Part shown: piece by piece, positions 43,976-53,886 of the stretch | Layout of the letters: the number at the start of each line of letters is the position of its first letter | How positions within the stretch are numbered: position 1 is the stretch's first letter | From: Acidimicrobiales bacterium | Lineage (GTDB): Bacteria; Actinomycetota; Acidimicrobiia; Acidimicrobiales; Aldehydirespiratoraceae | DNA length: 64,000 nt | Direction of reading: 5' to 3' | Assembly: GCA_029263175.1 (NCBI GenBank) | Contig: JAJCXZ010000059.1 | Coordinates: 17,909 to 81,908, forward strand | Notes under the pieces: generated by a model | Database searches by the model: none | Seen by the model: only the letters and a program-made list of their open reading frames with translations | What the model was told of the DNA's origin: nothing | Program-made: the position numbers and the translations under genes

Positions 43976-44888
43976 TGTCGTAGCGGAACGGCGCCGGTCG
44001 ATGGTTGGCCGGACCGACATCGCTCATCTTGATCATGCGCACCACCCGTTGCCGGTGGCCGGCGAATGGCTTCAGCGCTTCGACCATCGTGGCGTCGTCC
44101 CCGTTCTCCAGGCCGGTGAGCGCGTACGTCACCATCCGGGGGATGTGGAGATCCCCGACCGGCACGGCGTCAGCATCGCCGCCCGCGATCGATGTGGTGA
44201 GCGCAGCAGTCCAGGGACCGACTCCTGGCAGGCGCTGCAACCACTCGTTCGCGTCGCCGCCCCGGGCGAATGACTCGGCCGATCCAAGACGTTCGAGCCG
44301 GTCGGCATGTTTGGCGGCCACCCGCAGGACTCGGGCCCGGCTTCGCTCGATGCCGACGCCGTGAAAGTCGTGGTCGGTGATCCGAAGGAGTTGATCCGGC
44401 GTCGGGAAGGCGGCGAGGGGCCCCGCGAGCGAGCGATCTCCGAATCGGGCGGCGAGAGCCCGACGAGAGGCCTTCGCATCGGTGGTCACCACCCGCTGGC
44501 CGATGGCGCCCATGGCCAGCGCTTCGTACCAACGGTTTGTTGCGCCCAATCGGAGCGAACCGAAGCGTTCGCTAAGCGCCTGGACGAACGGGTCGTCGGT
44601 GTGGAAGTCGGTGGCAGTGTCGTCGCCGGTGCCGAGCAGCGCGGGAAGCTGGCTCAGAGCCCAGTCGGTGCCCGGGCCCCAGGCGTCGGCTCGGATGTCG
44701 GCACGCCGATGGGTGAAGGCCACCAGGGCAGTCCCCTCGGGCGTGGCCGTCGACCACCAGTACACCCCGGCGCGGCTGACGACGGACTTGGTGCCCATCA
44801 GGGTGAAGCGCAGATCCAACGCATGCGGCGGCGAATAGGTGAGCGAACCGACCGGCGGCGCCGCCGGAGCGGGGTGAGGTGGGATCAC
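43962..44888 (-). CDS. HhH-GPD DNA glycosylase (AlkA-like 3-methyladenine glycosylase II)
   Basis: Track ORF 43962..45113 trimmed to GTG comp. 44886-44888, a GTGA overlap with the upstream PAP2 stop. It has an HhH motif region (LQRLPGVGPWTAALT) followed by a catalytic-Asp context (AVPVGDLHI). Confidence 0.75.
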   Translation of the reverse strand: MIPPHPAPAAPPVGSLTYSPPHALDLRFTLMGTKSVVSRAGVYWWSTATPEGTALVAFTHRRADIRADAWGPGTDWALSQLPALLGTGDDTATDFHTDDPFVQALSERFGSLRLGATNRWYEALAMGAIGQRVVTTDAKASRRALAARFGDRSLAGPLAAFPTPDQLLRITDHDFHGVGIERSRARVLRVAAKHADRLERLGSAESFARGGDANEWLQRLPGVGPWTAALTTSIAGGDADAVPVGDLHIPRMVTYALTGLENGDDATMVEALKPFAGHRQRVVRMIKMSDVGPANHRPAPFRYDITAL

Positions 44889-45682
44889 CCGGAGACGACA
44901 GTCGGCTGCGGGCCGGCGCGACGAAACTTTCGAAGCTCGAGTCGGTGCTGGATCGGAAGGTCGACGCCGATGACGAGGATGACGAGTGCCGCCGCCGCAA
45001 ATGCGTCCAGCCACCAGTGGTTCGCCGTGAGCACCACGGCCGCAGTCATCATGAGCGGATGGGCGATGGCGGTCCATCGCCAACGACTCGAACTGGCCTT
45101 GACGACCGCCCACGCACCGATCAGCGCCCAGGCCACGTGCAGTGACGGCATGGCGGCAATCTGGTTCGCCGTGTTGGCAACGGTGTCACTGTCGTAGATC
45201 TTGGGTCCGTAGGTCTGGAGCGTGTCGACGAAGCCCATGTCGGGGAACCAGCGTGGCGGGGCCAGAGGAAAGAGCACGTGGACGGTGAGCGCGAGGAAGG
45301 TGACACCGAACATCACCCGGCGGACGCGGCCGTAGTGATCGAAGTGGCGTACGTAGAGCCAGGCGAGGAACGCCGCGCTGCCGATGAAATGGGCAAAGAA
45401 GTAGTAGCGGTTGAGGCTCCACACCATCTGGTCGCTGCCGAGCACCGTGGACTGGAGATCAACCTCGTTGAAGATACCCAGCGCCCGCTCCCAGTCGACC
45501 ACCGTGTGGCTGTTGACGAAGGCGCGATCGATCTCGTCCTTCACGACCAGTCGCACGAACCGGTACAGCATGAAGCCAGTGAGGAGAATGGTGATCTCGC
45601 GTCCCAGCAGCCAGCCGTATCGAGAACGATGGGTGTCGGGGGAGGTTCGGTTTTGGGTGATTTCAGTCGCTGCCTGCGTCAT
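44885..45682 (-). CDS. PAP2-superfamily integral membrane protein (PAP2_C/AUR1-like)
   Basis: Track ORF with multiple TM segments and a C-terminal SLHVAW...NHWWLD motif typical of the PAP2 type. Confidence 0.8.
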   Translation of the reverse strand: MTQAATEITQNRTSPDTHRSRYGWLLGREITILLTGFMLYRFVRLVVKDEIDRAFVNSHTVVDWERALGIFNEVDLQSTVLGSDQMVWSLNRYYFFAHFIGSAAFLAWLYVRHFDHYGRVRRVMFGVTFLALTVHVLFPLAPPRWFPDMGFVDTLQTYGPKIYDSDTVANTANQIAAMPSLHVAWALIGAWAVVKASSSRWRWTAIAHPLMMTAAVVLTANHWWLDAFAAAALVILVIGVDLPIQHRLELRKFRRAGPQPTVVSG

Positions 45683-45742
45683 CGCGCCCTCCGCAGTAGT
45701 GCAACCGTAGCACCGGCGGAGTTGTTCCTACCAGGCAGTAGA

Positions 45743-46171
45743 TCAGCCCGACTCGGTCGAGCCGAGTTCTTCCTCGGTGGCAGCCGCGGCGGCGTCCAGC
45801 GCATCGATGAGGGACTGGGTGTAGTTGAGTAGGTCGCGGTCGCTCGAGCCGATGTTGAGTTGATATTCAACGATCGCGGCATCGATCGCCTCACGAGTGC
45901 CCGGACCCATCAGGCCATCGACGGGGCCGGGGTCGAAGCCGAGGCGGGTCAGGTGGTCCTGTATGACGCCGACTTCGTCGCCGTTGAGTGGAGGGTCGAT
46001 CTCCGCCTCGATCGCGGCGAGGTCAATCACATCTTCGGGAGCGCTCTCCGCCTGGAGTGCGCCGTCCTCGCCGAGGGCCTCTGACACGACGGGCGCGGCA
46101 TAGCGAGCCATACCCAGAAGGGCAATGCCAACGATGAGGAGCAGGAAGATGCCCTGTATGTGGCTGCGCAT
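45743..46171 (-). CDS. membrane-anchored peptidoglycan-binding-domain protein
   Basis: Track ORF 45743..46240 trimmed to ATG comp. 46169-46171, preceded by GAGGA. It has a TM helix followed by the PG_binding_1-like segment VGVIQDHLTRLGFDPGPVDGLMGPGTREAI. Confidence 0.7.
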   Translation of the reverse strand: MRSHIQGIFLLLIVGIALLGMARYAAPVVSEALGEDGALQAESAPEDVIDLAAIEAEIDPPLNGDEVGVIQDHLTRLGFDPGPVDGLMGPGTREAIDAAIVEYQLNIGSSDRDLLNYTQSLIDALDAAAAATEEELGSTESG

Positions 46172-46236
46172 GGGGGATTCCTCTGGCTGGATGTTCCCCC
46201 ATACGACGTTCGAATTCATGGCGGGGTTCCCGATCG

Positions 46237-46674
46237 TCACGAAGTTGAAATGCGCGCTTCGGCTTCATCGAGGGCGGCTACGACAAATCCAGCGATTCCC
46301 TCGGGCAGCTTGTCGCGGCGGAAGGCACGGCCGCCGAGCCATTCGCCGCCGAGCAGGGTGACCACATCGCCGACCTTGTCGACAACCTTGCCTGCGTGCA
46401 CGGCATAGGTCACGAAGCCGGCGGTGGGCTTGCCCCAGATACCGGGCATCTCGAGCAGTCGGCCGGCATCACCGGGCCGATGGCCGGCGACGATGATGCC
46501 GTCGGTCCAGGTGCCGAGGAAGACAACGTCGGCATCCGTCAGGAACTCGACGTTGGCCTTGCCGGTCGGCCAGACGCCGACCTCATGGCCGAGTTCTTGG
46601 GCGGCGGCGCCGATCAACTCCGCGGCAGTGGCGGTGTTCCCGGTTCGGCTCTCGTAGACAACGGCGACCTTCAC
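46237..46674 (-). CDS. flavodoxin-like protein
   Basis: Track ORF with a GTG start. MKVAVVYESRTGNTATAAELI is the flavodoxin FMN-binding N-terminal pattern. Confidence 0.75.
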   Translation of the reverse strand: MKVAVVYESRTGNTATAAELIGAAAQELGHEVGVWPTGKANVEFLTDADVVFLGTWTDGIIVAGHRPGDAGRLLEMPGIWGKPTAGFVTYAVHAGKVVDKVGDVVTLLGGEWLGGRAFRRDKLPEGIAGFVVAALDEAEARISTS

Positions 46675-46715
46675 GCTGGATCCTTCGGGTCATGCGGACT
46701 GACCCCGCAGCCTAT

Positions 46716-48476
46716 TCAGTCAACGACCACGGTGTTGCGTCCGACGGACTTCGCTCGATAGAGCGCCGCGTCGGCCCGTTCCTTGATATCGCCGGCCCGT
46801 CCGCTCTCGAGCGTTGCCACGCCGATCGATACCGTGAGTTTCCCGGATGGCTGAAGGTGTTCGCCGGCGACCTGCAGCGCCTCGACGGCCGCTCGCACCC
46901 GTTCGGCAGCCGTAACTGCTTCTTCGGGCGAGGCCCCCGGGAGAAGCATCGAGAACTCCTCGCCGCCGTAGCGGTAGACGACATCGCTGTCGCGAACACA
47001 GGCGGCGATTGTTGCCGCAACGTTCTGCAACGCCACATCGCCGGCGGTGTGGCCATGCGTGTCGTTGTAGATCTTGAAGTGGTCGACATCGATCATTGCG
47101 AAGCCGACAGGAAGATCCGATGCGACCGCGTCGGCGAGCGTGCTCTCGAGGTCGCCGTCAAGTCGGCGACGGTTGCCGAGGGACGTGAGCCCGTCGATCA
47201 TCGCCATCTTCTCCATCGTGCCCAATTCGTCCACCTGCATGAGCGCGCTGCCGATGGCGGGGCTGATCAACTCGAGCTTGTTGCGGGTCGATCTTGGTAG
47301 CGACTTGGTGCCGACGTTCCATGCGATGATCACGGCAATGATCGACCCCTTTGCCACCACGGGAACGCCGACAACCTCAGCATCGACGCCAGGGAGGAAC
47401 GGATCGTTCGACAGAGTTCGGGCGAGCGGCTGGCCGAGCTCGACGACTCGCGACAGGCCGGATGCGATCAGGACGTCGGACTGGCCGGCCGGGCGGAGTC
47501 CGTCCGCGGTTCGACGAAGGACCGACACACCGTGGGCGCCGGTGAGGGTGGCGCCGATGCTTGCGACCACGTCGGCAACGTCGGCCTCGGTCCGAGTCGC
47601 CGAGAGAAGCTGATGCGCCTCCATTGCATCGGTGGCGACGTGGTCACTCATCCGGCGGCGGGACACTCGGGCAGCCGCGATGACTCCGATCAACACGAGG
47701 ACAGACAAACCGCCCACACCGGCGATGAGCCATCTGGTCCATGGGGCCGGCGACCCGGTCCGGGGTCCTGGTCGAGAAGTCGTTGCGAGCGCCGCGACCT
47801 CGCGCTGAAGGTCGGCGATCTCGGCTGTGAGGAGGCCATTCATTTCCTCGGCATCGGTGAGACTCTCGATCGCAGCGGTCAGCGGTCCGAGCAGCGAGTC
47901 CATGGCCTCGAACGGATTGCCGGAACGAGCCGCGTCGGGGTCGATGTCTGAGGCGATGAGAGTTCGGATGGCCCCGGCGTACTCGAAGCCCTGGATGAAC
48001 TGGGTTTCACCGACCGACAGCTGTGCCCGCCAGTCGGCGGGCATTCGGGCGACTGCGAAGTCGAGGAGCGGGTTGGTGACGTCGGGCAGAATCCGGAAGG
48101 CGGCCGCGCGCGTGGCGAGTTCGGTGTCCACGGCGTCGAGCACCGCGAGCAGCTTGTCGCGTTCGGTTTCCGGCCAGTTTCCATAGCGGCTGTGAATGAT
48201 CTCGAAATCGGCCGTCGGGTCGAGGATCACGTCGTCGGCGTTCGTCGGGGTGAAGGCGTCGAGCTCTTCGAGGAGGGCCACTTCCAAGAACACATAGCGG
48301 AGCGTGTCGTCAGCCAGGCCGCCGGGGATCGACCGCGCCGAGCGCATCTCGTCCGGACTCACCTCCTGTGCGACGACGGGCGCGCCGACGCCAAGAGTTG
48401 TCACCAGGACGAGAACCAGTCCGGTTGCGAGTCTTCGAACCACGGTGAACCATCGGCAGACGGGCCGCAATCTCAA
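46716..48476 (-). CDS. diguanylate cyclase (signal/TM, periplasmic domain, TM, GAF-like domain, GGDEF)
   Basis: Track ORF with a TTG start, so the start is uncertain. It has an active site RYGGEEF with an RxxD I-site (RDSD) 5 residues upstream. Confidence 0.85.
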   Translation of the reverse strand: MRLRPVCRWFTVVRRLATGLVLVLVTTLGVGAPVVAQEVSPDEMRSARSIPGGLADDTLRYVFLEVALLEELDAFTPTNADDVILDPTADFEIIHSRYGNWPETERDKLLAVLDAVDTELATRAAAFRILPDVTNPLLDFAVARMPADWRAQLSVGETQFIQGFEYAGAIRTLIASDIDPDAARSGNPFEAMDSLLGPLTAAIESLTDAEEMNGLLTAEIADLQREVAALATTSRPGPRTGSPAPWTRWLIAGVGGLSVLVLIGVIAAARVSRRRMSDHVATDAMEAHQLLSATRTEADVADVVASIGATLTGAHGVSVLRRTADGLRPAGQSDVLIASGLSRVVELGQPLARTLSNDPFLPGVDAEVVGVPVVAKGSIIAVIIAWNVGTKSLPRSTRNKLELISPAIGSALMQVDELGTMEKMAMIDGLTSLGNRRRLDGDLESTLADAVASDLPVGFAMIDVDHFKIYNDTHGHTAGDVALQNVAATIAACVRDSDVVYRYGGEEFSMLLPGASPEEAVTAAERVRAAVEALQVAGEHLQPSGKLTVSIGVATLESGRAGDIKERADAALYRAKSVGRNTVVVD

Positions 48477-48493
48477 CCCTCACCGGCGGCGGT

Positions 48494-48754
48494 TCAGTTG
48501 TTGTTGCGGTTCAGCAGGCGATCGCGGATCTTCGTGCACTCTTGGCAGACCGGGAACTTCGATGGATCCCGGTTCGGAACCCAGACCTTGCCGCACAGTG
48601 CTCTCACCGGTACACCCTCGACCGCAGCTCGCGTGGCGTCGGTCTTTCGCACATAGTGGGCGAACCGGTCGTGGTCGCCCTCGTCGGTGACCGGATTGGT
48701 GACGGTCTCCTCGACGGGAGCGTTGGTGGTGAGCGGTGCCGGAGCGTCGGGCAT
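48494..48754 (-). CDS. DUF3039-like protein
   Basis: Track ORF 48494..48949 trimmed to ATG comp. 48752-48754. FAHYVRKTDATRAAVEGVPVRALCGKVWVPNRDPSKFPVCQEC matches the DUF3039 core. Confidence 0.8.
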   Translation of the reverse strand: MPDAPAPLTTNAPVEETVTNPVTDEGDHDRFAHYVRKTDATRAAVEGVPVRALCGKVWVPNRDPSKFPVCQECTKIRDRLLNRNNN

Positions 48755-48767
48755 GGTCCCAGTATGG

Positions 48768-50201
48768 CTAACGACCGAGCGCTTGCAGTGTCTCGATCGT
48801 GTCGGCCTCGTTCGCGGCCTTGTCGGGGCGGTATCGGACCACACGAGCGAAGCGCAGGGCGATCTTGCCGGCGTAGCGCGTTGACGGCTGCACGCTGTCG
48901 ATCGCGATCTCGACAACTTGTTCGGGACGAACCGTGACCTGCCGGCCATTGTCGTCGATCTCGAGCTCGCGGAATCGCTCCGTTTGCCAGCGCAGCATCT
49001 CGTCGGTCATGCCCTTGAATGTCTTGCCCACCATCACGAAGCCGCCGTCAGCGGCCCGAGCACCGAGATGGATGTTCGAGAGCCAGCCCGAGCGGCGACC
49101 GCTGCCATGCTCGACGGCCAGTACGACCAGATCGAAGGTGTGGACCGGCTTGATCTTGCGCCAGGTCTTGCCGCGGCGACCGGCCTGGTACGGCGATTCG
49201 GCCGCCTTCACCATCACGCCTTCGTGGCCCTTGGCCAACGCCTCCTCGAGTACTGCCTGCCCGGCGGCTGGATCGCTGGTGAAGATCCCCGGGATCTTGC
49301 CGTCGCCGGCAATGCGACCCAGCCGATCCAGTCGTTGTCGCAATGGTTCGTCGAGGAGATCCTCGCCGTCGTGGTGGAGAAGATCGAAGAAGAAGGGGTC
49401 GCGGCCGAGCACCTCGCCGTCGAGCACCAGGCTGGTGGCCGGGAGGGCACGAACGAGCGCAACCACCTCGGGAACGCCGGCGGTGATCTCGTTGAGGTTT
49501 CGGGTCCAGACGCGCACATGGCCGCCGTCCTTGTGGACCTGGATTCGGATTCCGTCGAGCTTCCACTCGACCGAGACCTCGCCCAACTCCTCGACTGCAT
49601 CGGCGACGCTCTTCGCCGTCGACGCCAACATCGGCTGGATGGGGCGCTGGAGTTCGAGGCCCACGGCTTCCAGCCCCGCCCGCCCTTCTCGTCGGGCGAC
49701 TTCTGCAGTGGCTCGGAGGTCGCCGGACAGCATCACCGCTCGACGCAGCACGGGTGCCGGGACGTCGCACGCCTTCGCGATGGCGTCGGTGACGATGCCG
49801 GCGTTGGCGCCCTGACGGAGTTCACCGATCAGGAGTCGGCGCACGAAGTCGGATTCGGCTGCCGTGCACCGTTCGAGAAACGACGCCAGCAACCTGCCCC
49901 GCTCACCTTGTGATCCGTCGCCGTGGGTCATGGCGATCGTGGTCAGGAGTCTGTCGAGATCGGCGATCGTGTGCGTCGGCTCTGCGGCCTCTGCCGCCGC
50001 GAGGCCACCGACCATCGCCCACCCGACACCGATGCGACCCTGGTGAGGATCGCCGGCGATCAGGCCCACGACAACTGCGATCTCGTCCGCCGCGGCACTG
50101 CCCAGCAGCTCGGCCAGCCGCCCGATCTTGGCTTTGCGCGCCGAGGTGGCTGCGACATCGTCGGTCGCAGCCACCAGAGCAGTCAACCGCATGCGGGACA
50201 T
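48768..50201 (-). CDS. ATP-dependent DNA ligase
   Basis: Track ORF with adenylation motif I EWKLDGIR (KxDG) and downstream nucleotidyltransferase/OB-fold motifs. Confidence 0.9.
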   Translation of the reverse strand: MSRMRLTALVAATDDVAATSARKAKIGRLAELLGSAAADEIAVVVGLIAGDPHQGRIGVGWAMVGGLAAAEAAEPTHTIADLDRLLTTIAMTHGDGSQGERGRLLASFLERCTAAESDFVRRLLIGELRQGANAGIVTDAIAKACDVPAPVLRRAVMLSGDLRATAEVARREGRAGLEAVGLELQRPIQPMLASTAKSVADAVEELGEVSVEWKLDGIRIQVHKDGGHVRVWTRNLNEITAGVPEVVALVRALPATSLVLDGEVLGRDPFFFDLLHHDGEDLLDEPLRQRLDRLGRIAGDGKIPGIFTSDPAAGQAVLEEALAKGHEGVMVKAAESPYQAGRRGKTWRKIKPVHTFDLVVLAVEHGSGRRSGWLSNIHLGARAADGGFVMVGKTFKGMTDEMLRWQTERFRELEIDDNGRQVTVRPEQVVEIAIDSVQPSTRYAGKIALRFARVVRYRPDKAANEADTIETLQALGR

Positions 50202-50236
50202 GGGCGGTTTCTAGCAGAACGGTCGAGAACCTGGGG

Positions 50237-51109
50237 CTAGGCCCGGCGGCAGTTGGCGACGATCTCGTCGCGAATCTCGTCCCAGCGGCCGAGCGGTAGG
50301 TCATGCCCCATCTCGGGGAACATCAACAATCGTGCGTTCGGCACGGCCTTCGCAGTTGCCGTGCCTCCACTCGGCTTGACGAGCGGGTCGAGCAGTCCGT
50401 GGATCACCAGCGTCGGGCAGGTCAGGCCGGCGAGTGCTTCGGTGCGGTCCGGGCTCGCCGCGACTGCGGTCGCCTGCCGCATGACCCCGGCAGGCGTGAA
50501 CATCCGCTCGATGCTGGCCTTCGCCCGCACCCGGTAGGCCTCGGCGTCGAACGTCGGTCCGGCGATCGCTTCCATGACCTGGACGGTGTAGTCGACGGCG
50601 TTCTTGCGCGACGGCGGCCGTCGCGTCGCGAACCGAGCAGCGAGTCGCCACGAGAACAGGCCGTGTCTGCGATCACCGGTATTCGACATGATCGAACAGA
50701 GCGACCGCACCCGTTCGGGGTGTCGCGTGGCGAGGGTCTGGCTGATCATCCCGCCCATCGAGGCGCCGACCACATGGGCTGAGTCGTGGCCCAGCACATC
50801 GAGCAGGCCGGCGGCATCGTCGGCCATGTCGTCGAGCGTGTAGCCCGCGCCCGCAACCGGCTTGCGCCGGATGGCGGCCCACAGTTGACGCATCGGACTG
50901 GGTGGCTTCCAGTCTTCATGGGTCGACAGCCCACTGTCGCGGTTGTCGAAGCGGATGACCTGGTAGCCCTCCGCCACGAACAGTCCGACGAACTCTTCGG
51001 GCCAGTCGATCAACTGGCCCGCCAGACCCATCACGAAGAGGATCGGCTCGCCCTCGCCGAAGACGTCGTACTCGATTTCGATTCCGTCCTGAACCCGGGT
51101 TCGTGGCAT
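50237..51109 (-). CDS. alpha/beta-fold hydrolase
   Basis: Track ORF with the nucleophile elbow GASMGG and a C-terminal His context (FPEMGHDLP). Confidence 0.85.
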   Translation of the reverse strand: MPRTRVQDGIEIEYDVFGEGEPILFVMGLAGQLIDWPEEFVGLFVAEGYQVIRFDNRDSGLSTHEDWKPPSPMRQLWAAIRRKPVAGAGYTLDDMADDAAGLLDVLGHDSAHVVGASMGGMISQTLATRHPERVRSLCSIMSNTGDRRHGLFSWRLAARFATRRPPSRKNAVDYTVQVMEAIAGPTFDAEAYRVRAKASIERMFTPAGVMRQATAVAASPDRTEALAGLTCPTLVIHGLLDPLVKPSGGTATAKAVPNARLLMFPEMGHDLPLGRWDEIRDEIVANCRRA

Positions 51110-51112
51110 GTG

Positions 51113-53011
51113 CTACTCCTCGATCTTCTCGGCGGCTGCGGTCCACTCGTCCATCAGTCGGGCCGCCCGGCCTTTGGCAGCATCGTGCTCGGTGGCGAGT
51201 CGATGGACCTCTTCGGGGCGGTCGTAGATGTCAGGATCAGCGAGCTGGGTGTGCAGGTCGAGGACCGCGGCCTCGGCCTTCTCCAGGTCACGTTCCAGCT
51301 TCTGCACCTTCTTGCGCAGGTCTTGGGAACCCTGCCGAACCTTGGCGCTGTCCTGACGCTTCTCGGTGCGTGGGTCCGGTGCTTTGCTGAGCCTCGTTGA
51401 TGCTTTCGCCACCTTGGACGGGTCGGGCGGGGTGAGGATTTCCTCGGGAACGCCGTCGTACCAGGTTGCTCGGCCGTCACGGACGTCGATCACGGCGTCT
51501 GACACGTTGCGGATCAGGTGGCGGTCATGGGTGACGAGCAGCACGGTGCCGGGGTACGCCGCAAGAGCATCTTCGAGCACATCGCACGATGGCAGGTCGA
51601 GATGGTTGGTGGGCTCATCGAGCACGAGCAGGTTGACCGGTTCGATCATCGTGCGCGCGAGTGCCAGGCGGGTGCGTTCGCCGCCGGACAGGTCGCCCAC
51701 CATGCGATCGGCGGCGTCGCCGGGGAAGCCGAACGAGCCGAGAATTGTGCGCAGGTTGCGCTTTCCGGCGTCGATGCCGCCGGAGAACGCGGCGATGGCC
51801 GTCTTGTCGAGATCGAGTTCGTCGGCCTGGTGCTGGTGGAACATCGCCACTTTCACGTTGTTGCCGAGCCGGGCGGTGCCTGCCGACGCTTCGAGTTCGC
51901 CGAGGATCAGACGCAGCAGCGTGGTCTTGCCGGCACCGTTGGGGCCGACGAGGGCCACGGTCTGGCCTCGCTCGACGGCAAGGGTGACGTCGGAGACCAC
52001 GGGAATGTCGTCGTAACCGATGGTGGCGTGGTCGAACTCCGCCACGACGCGTGATGATCGGGGTGGTTCGGGGAACTGGAACTTGGCGACGAGTTCTTTG
52101 CGATCCGGAACCTTGATCTTCTCGAGCTTCTCGAGGGTCTTGATCCGGCTTTGCACCTGGCGGGCCTTTGTGGCCTTGTACCGGAAGCGGTCGACGAACT
52201 GCTCGACCCTGGCGACCTCCTTGGCCTGCCGGGCTGCCGCTGACTCGATGCGCTGAAGCCGCTCTTCCCGGGCAACCACGAATTCGGCGAACCCACCGAC
52301 GTACTCGAGCGCGGTGCCTTCGGCCAATTCGACGACACGGTCGGCGACAACGTCGATGAAATCGCGATCGTGGCTGACGAACAGCAGCGCCCCGGGCCAC
52401 GCCACGAGTTGCTGCTCCAGCCACGCCACAGAGTCGACATCGAGGTGGTTGGTCGGTTCGTCGAGAATCAAGACGTCGGGTTTGGCCAGCAGCAAGCGGC
52501 CCAAAGCCACGCGCATTCGCCAACCACCGGAGAGTTCCCGGACCGGCCGTTCGGCATCTGAATCCTTGAAGCCGAGACCGGCCAGGACCTTGCGGGCCTC
52601 GGCCTCGAGCGCGTAGCCGCCCATTGACTCGAACCGGCTCTGCACGTCGCCGTAGTCGTGCAGGACCTTCTCCTGATCCAGGGTGGGATCGGAAAGTGCA
52701 GCCTCGAGTTCGTGCAGGCGGTGGGCGAGGTCGGAGAGCGGCCCCGCGCCGGCGATGACTTCCTCGATCACCGAACCGGTGGCGGTGTCCACGAGGTCCT
52801 GTGGCAGGTAGCCGAGCGTCATGTCCTTCGGCTTGGTGATCGATCCCTCGTCCGGGTCGGCGTCGCCGACCAGGATCTCGATCAGCGAGGTCTTGCCGGT
52901 GCCGTTACCACCGACGAGCGCGATGCGTCGACCAGCCGACAGCTGAAGGGTGACGTCGGAGAACAGTGTCCGCGGTCCATAGGACCGGCCGAGGCCGGAA
53001 GCAGTGAGCAT
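51113..53011 (-). CDS. ABC-F family ATPase (no TM domain)
   Basis: Track ORF with two ABC cassettes (GGNGTGKTS and GPNGAGKTT, plus LSGGW/LSGGE signatures), an inter-domain linker and a C-terminal coiled-coil tail. Confidence 0.9.
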   Translation of the reverse strand: MLTASGLGRSYGPRTLFSDVTLQLSAGRRIALVGGNGTGKTSLIEILVGDADPDEGSITKPKDMTLGYLPQDLVDTATGSVIEEVIAGAGPLSDLAHRLHELEAALSDPTLDQEKVLHDYGDVQSRFESMGGYALEAEARKVLAGLGFKDSDAERPVRELSGGWRMRVALGRLLLAKPDVLILDEPTNHLDVDSVAWLEQQLVAWPGALLFVSHDRDFIDVVADRVVELAEGTALEYVGGFAEFVVAREERLQRIESAAARQAKEVARVEQFVDRFRYKATKARQVQSRIKTLEKLEKIKVPDRKELVAKFQFPEPPRSSRVVAEFDHATIGYDDIPVVSDVTLAVERGQTVALVGPNGAGKTTLLRLILGELEASAGTARLGNNVKVAMFHQHQADELDLDKTAIAAFSGGIDAGKRNLRTILGSFGFPGDAADRMVGDLSGGERTRLALARTMIEPVNLLVLDEPTNHLDLPSCDVLEDALAAYPGTVLLVTHDRHLIRNVSDAVIDVRDGRATWYDGVPEEILTPPDPSKVAKASTRLSKAPDPRTEKRQDSAKVRQGSQDLRKKVQKLERDLEKAEAAVLDLHTQLADPDIYDRPEEVHRLATEHDAAKGRAARLMDEWTAAAEKIEE

Positions 53012-53017
53012 GGTTTC

Positions 53018-53842
53018 CTACGCGAAGAAGCGGTCGAGCGCGGACTCAGCGGCCGGCGCGCAGGTCTGAATGGGATTGTCGCCTTCGAGGCGCCCGAGCC
53101 ACGTGACGGAGGCATAGCCCGCCATCACCGCGCCACCGTCGGCGTCCTCGGGGATGTGGATGGCATCACCCCAGCTCATCTCGACGTGGAACGTGTCGGT
53201 GTGTCCGGGGGCCGGCTGCATCTGTGCGCGCGCTATGGCGCGGGGCGGCTCCGAGCCGACGCGGGTACGTCGCCAACCGTTCATCTCGGCCGCCGGTTTG
53301 TTGGGCACGTTGATGTTGAGCACGATCGGATCGGCAGGCATGTCGACCACCAGTTCACCGACCATGATCGCGGCGACATCTGCCGCGCCCTGCCACTGCT
53401 GGTTGTCGAGCACCGACTCCCAGCCCTGGCCTTCGACACCGAAGGAGTCGACCGACTGGCTGACGGCCACGCCGCTGATCCCGCCGTTGCGAGCCGTGAG
53501 GCAGGCGCCGATGGTGCCGGAGTGATAAACGCTGCGGCCGACGTTGGCGCCCGGGTTGATCCCCGAGACGACCAAGTCGATGTCTCCGAACACGCCGAGA
53601 CGGCCGAACATCGCGCACAGCGCCGGCGGAGCGCTCACCGACCAGGCTTCCTCGATGCCGTCGATGGCCTCGCGTTTCACATCGGGCTTCATCTGATGAA
53701 GCGGTCCGAGAGCGGCGCCGAAACCGGAGTATTCGCTATCAGGCGCGGCGATGACGACGTCGCCGAACGGCCTCATCGAGCGGGCGAGGACGTGCAGCCC
53801 GATCGAGTCGATGCCGTCGTCGTTGGTCACGAGAATTCGCAC
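53018..53842 (-). CDS. surE: 5'/3'-nucleotidase SurE
   Basis: Track ORF with the MRILVTNDDGIDS N-terminal signature. Confidence 0.9.
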   Translation of the reverse strand: MRILVTNDDGIDSIGLHVLARSMRPFGDVVIAAPDSEYSGFGAALGPLHQMKPDVKREAIDGIEEAWSVSAPPALCAMFGRLGVFGDIDLVVSGINPGANVGRSVYHSGTIGACLTARNGGISGVAVSQSVDSFGVEGQGWESVLDNQQWQGAADVAAIMVGELVVDMPADPIVLNINVPNKPAAEMNGWRRTRVGSEPPRAIARAQMQPAPGHTDTFHVEMSWGDAIHIPEDADGGAVMAGYASVTWLGRLEGDNPIQTCAPAAESALDRFFA

Positions 53843-53886
53843 CCGTCGACCCTATCTGCGAGCGTCCGCCTCAAACTGTGTTTGAT

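Noticed and set aside
51091-51102. GAAC-CCGG-GTTC, a fourth match to the LexA-box core
   Set aside because: Its flanks are T...G rather than C...G and its spacer is GC-only. It lies inside codons 3-6 of the alpha/beta hydrolase gene. About one chance match to the 8-base core is expected in 64 kb.
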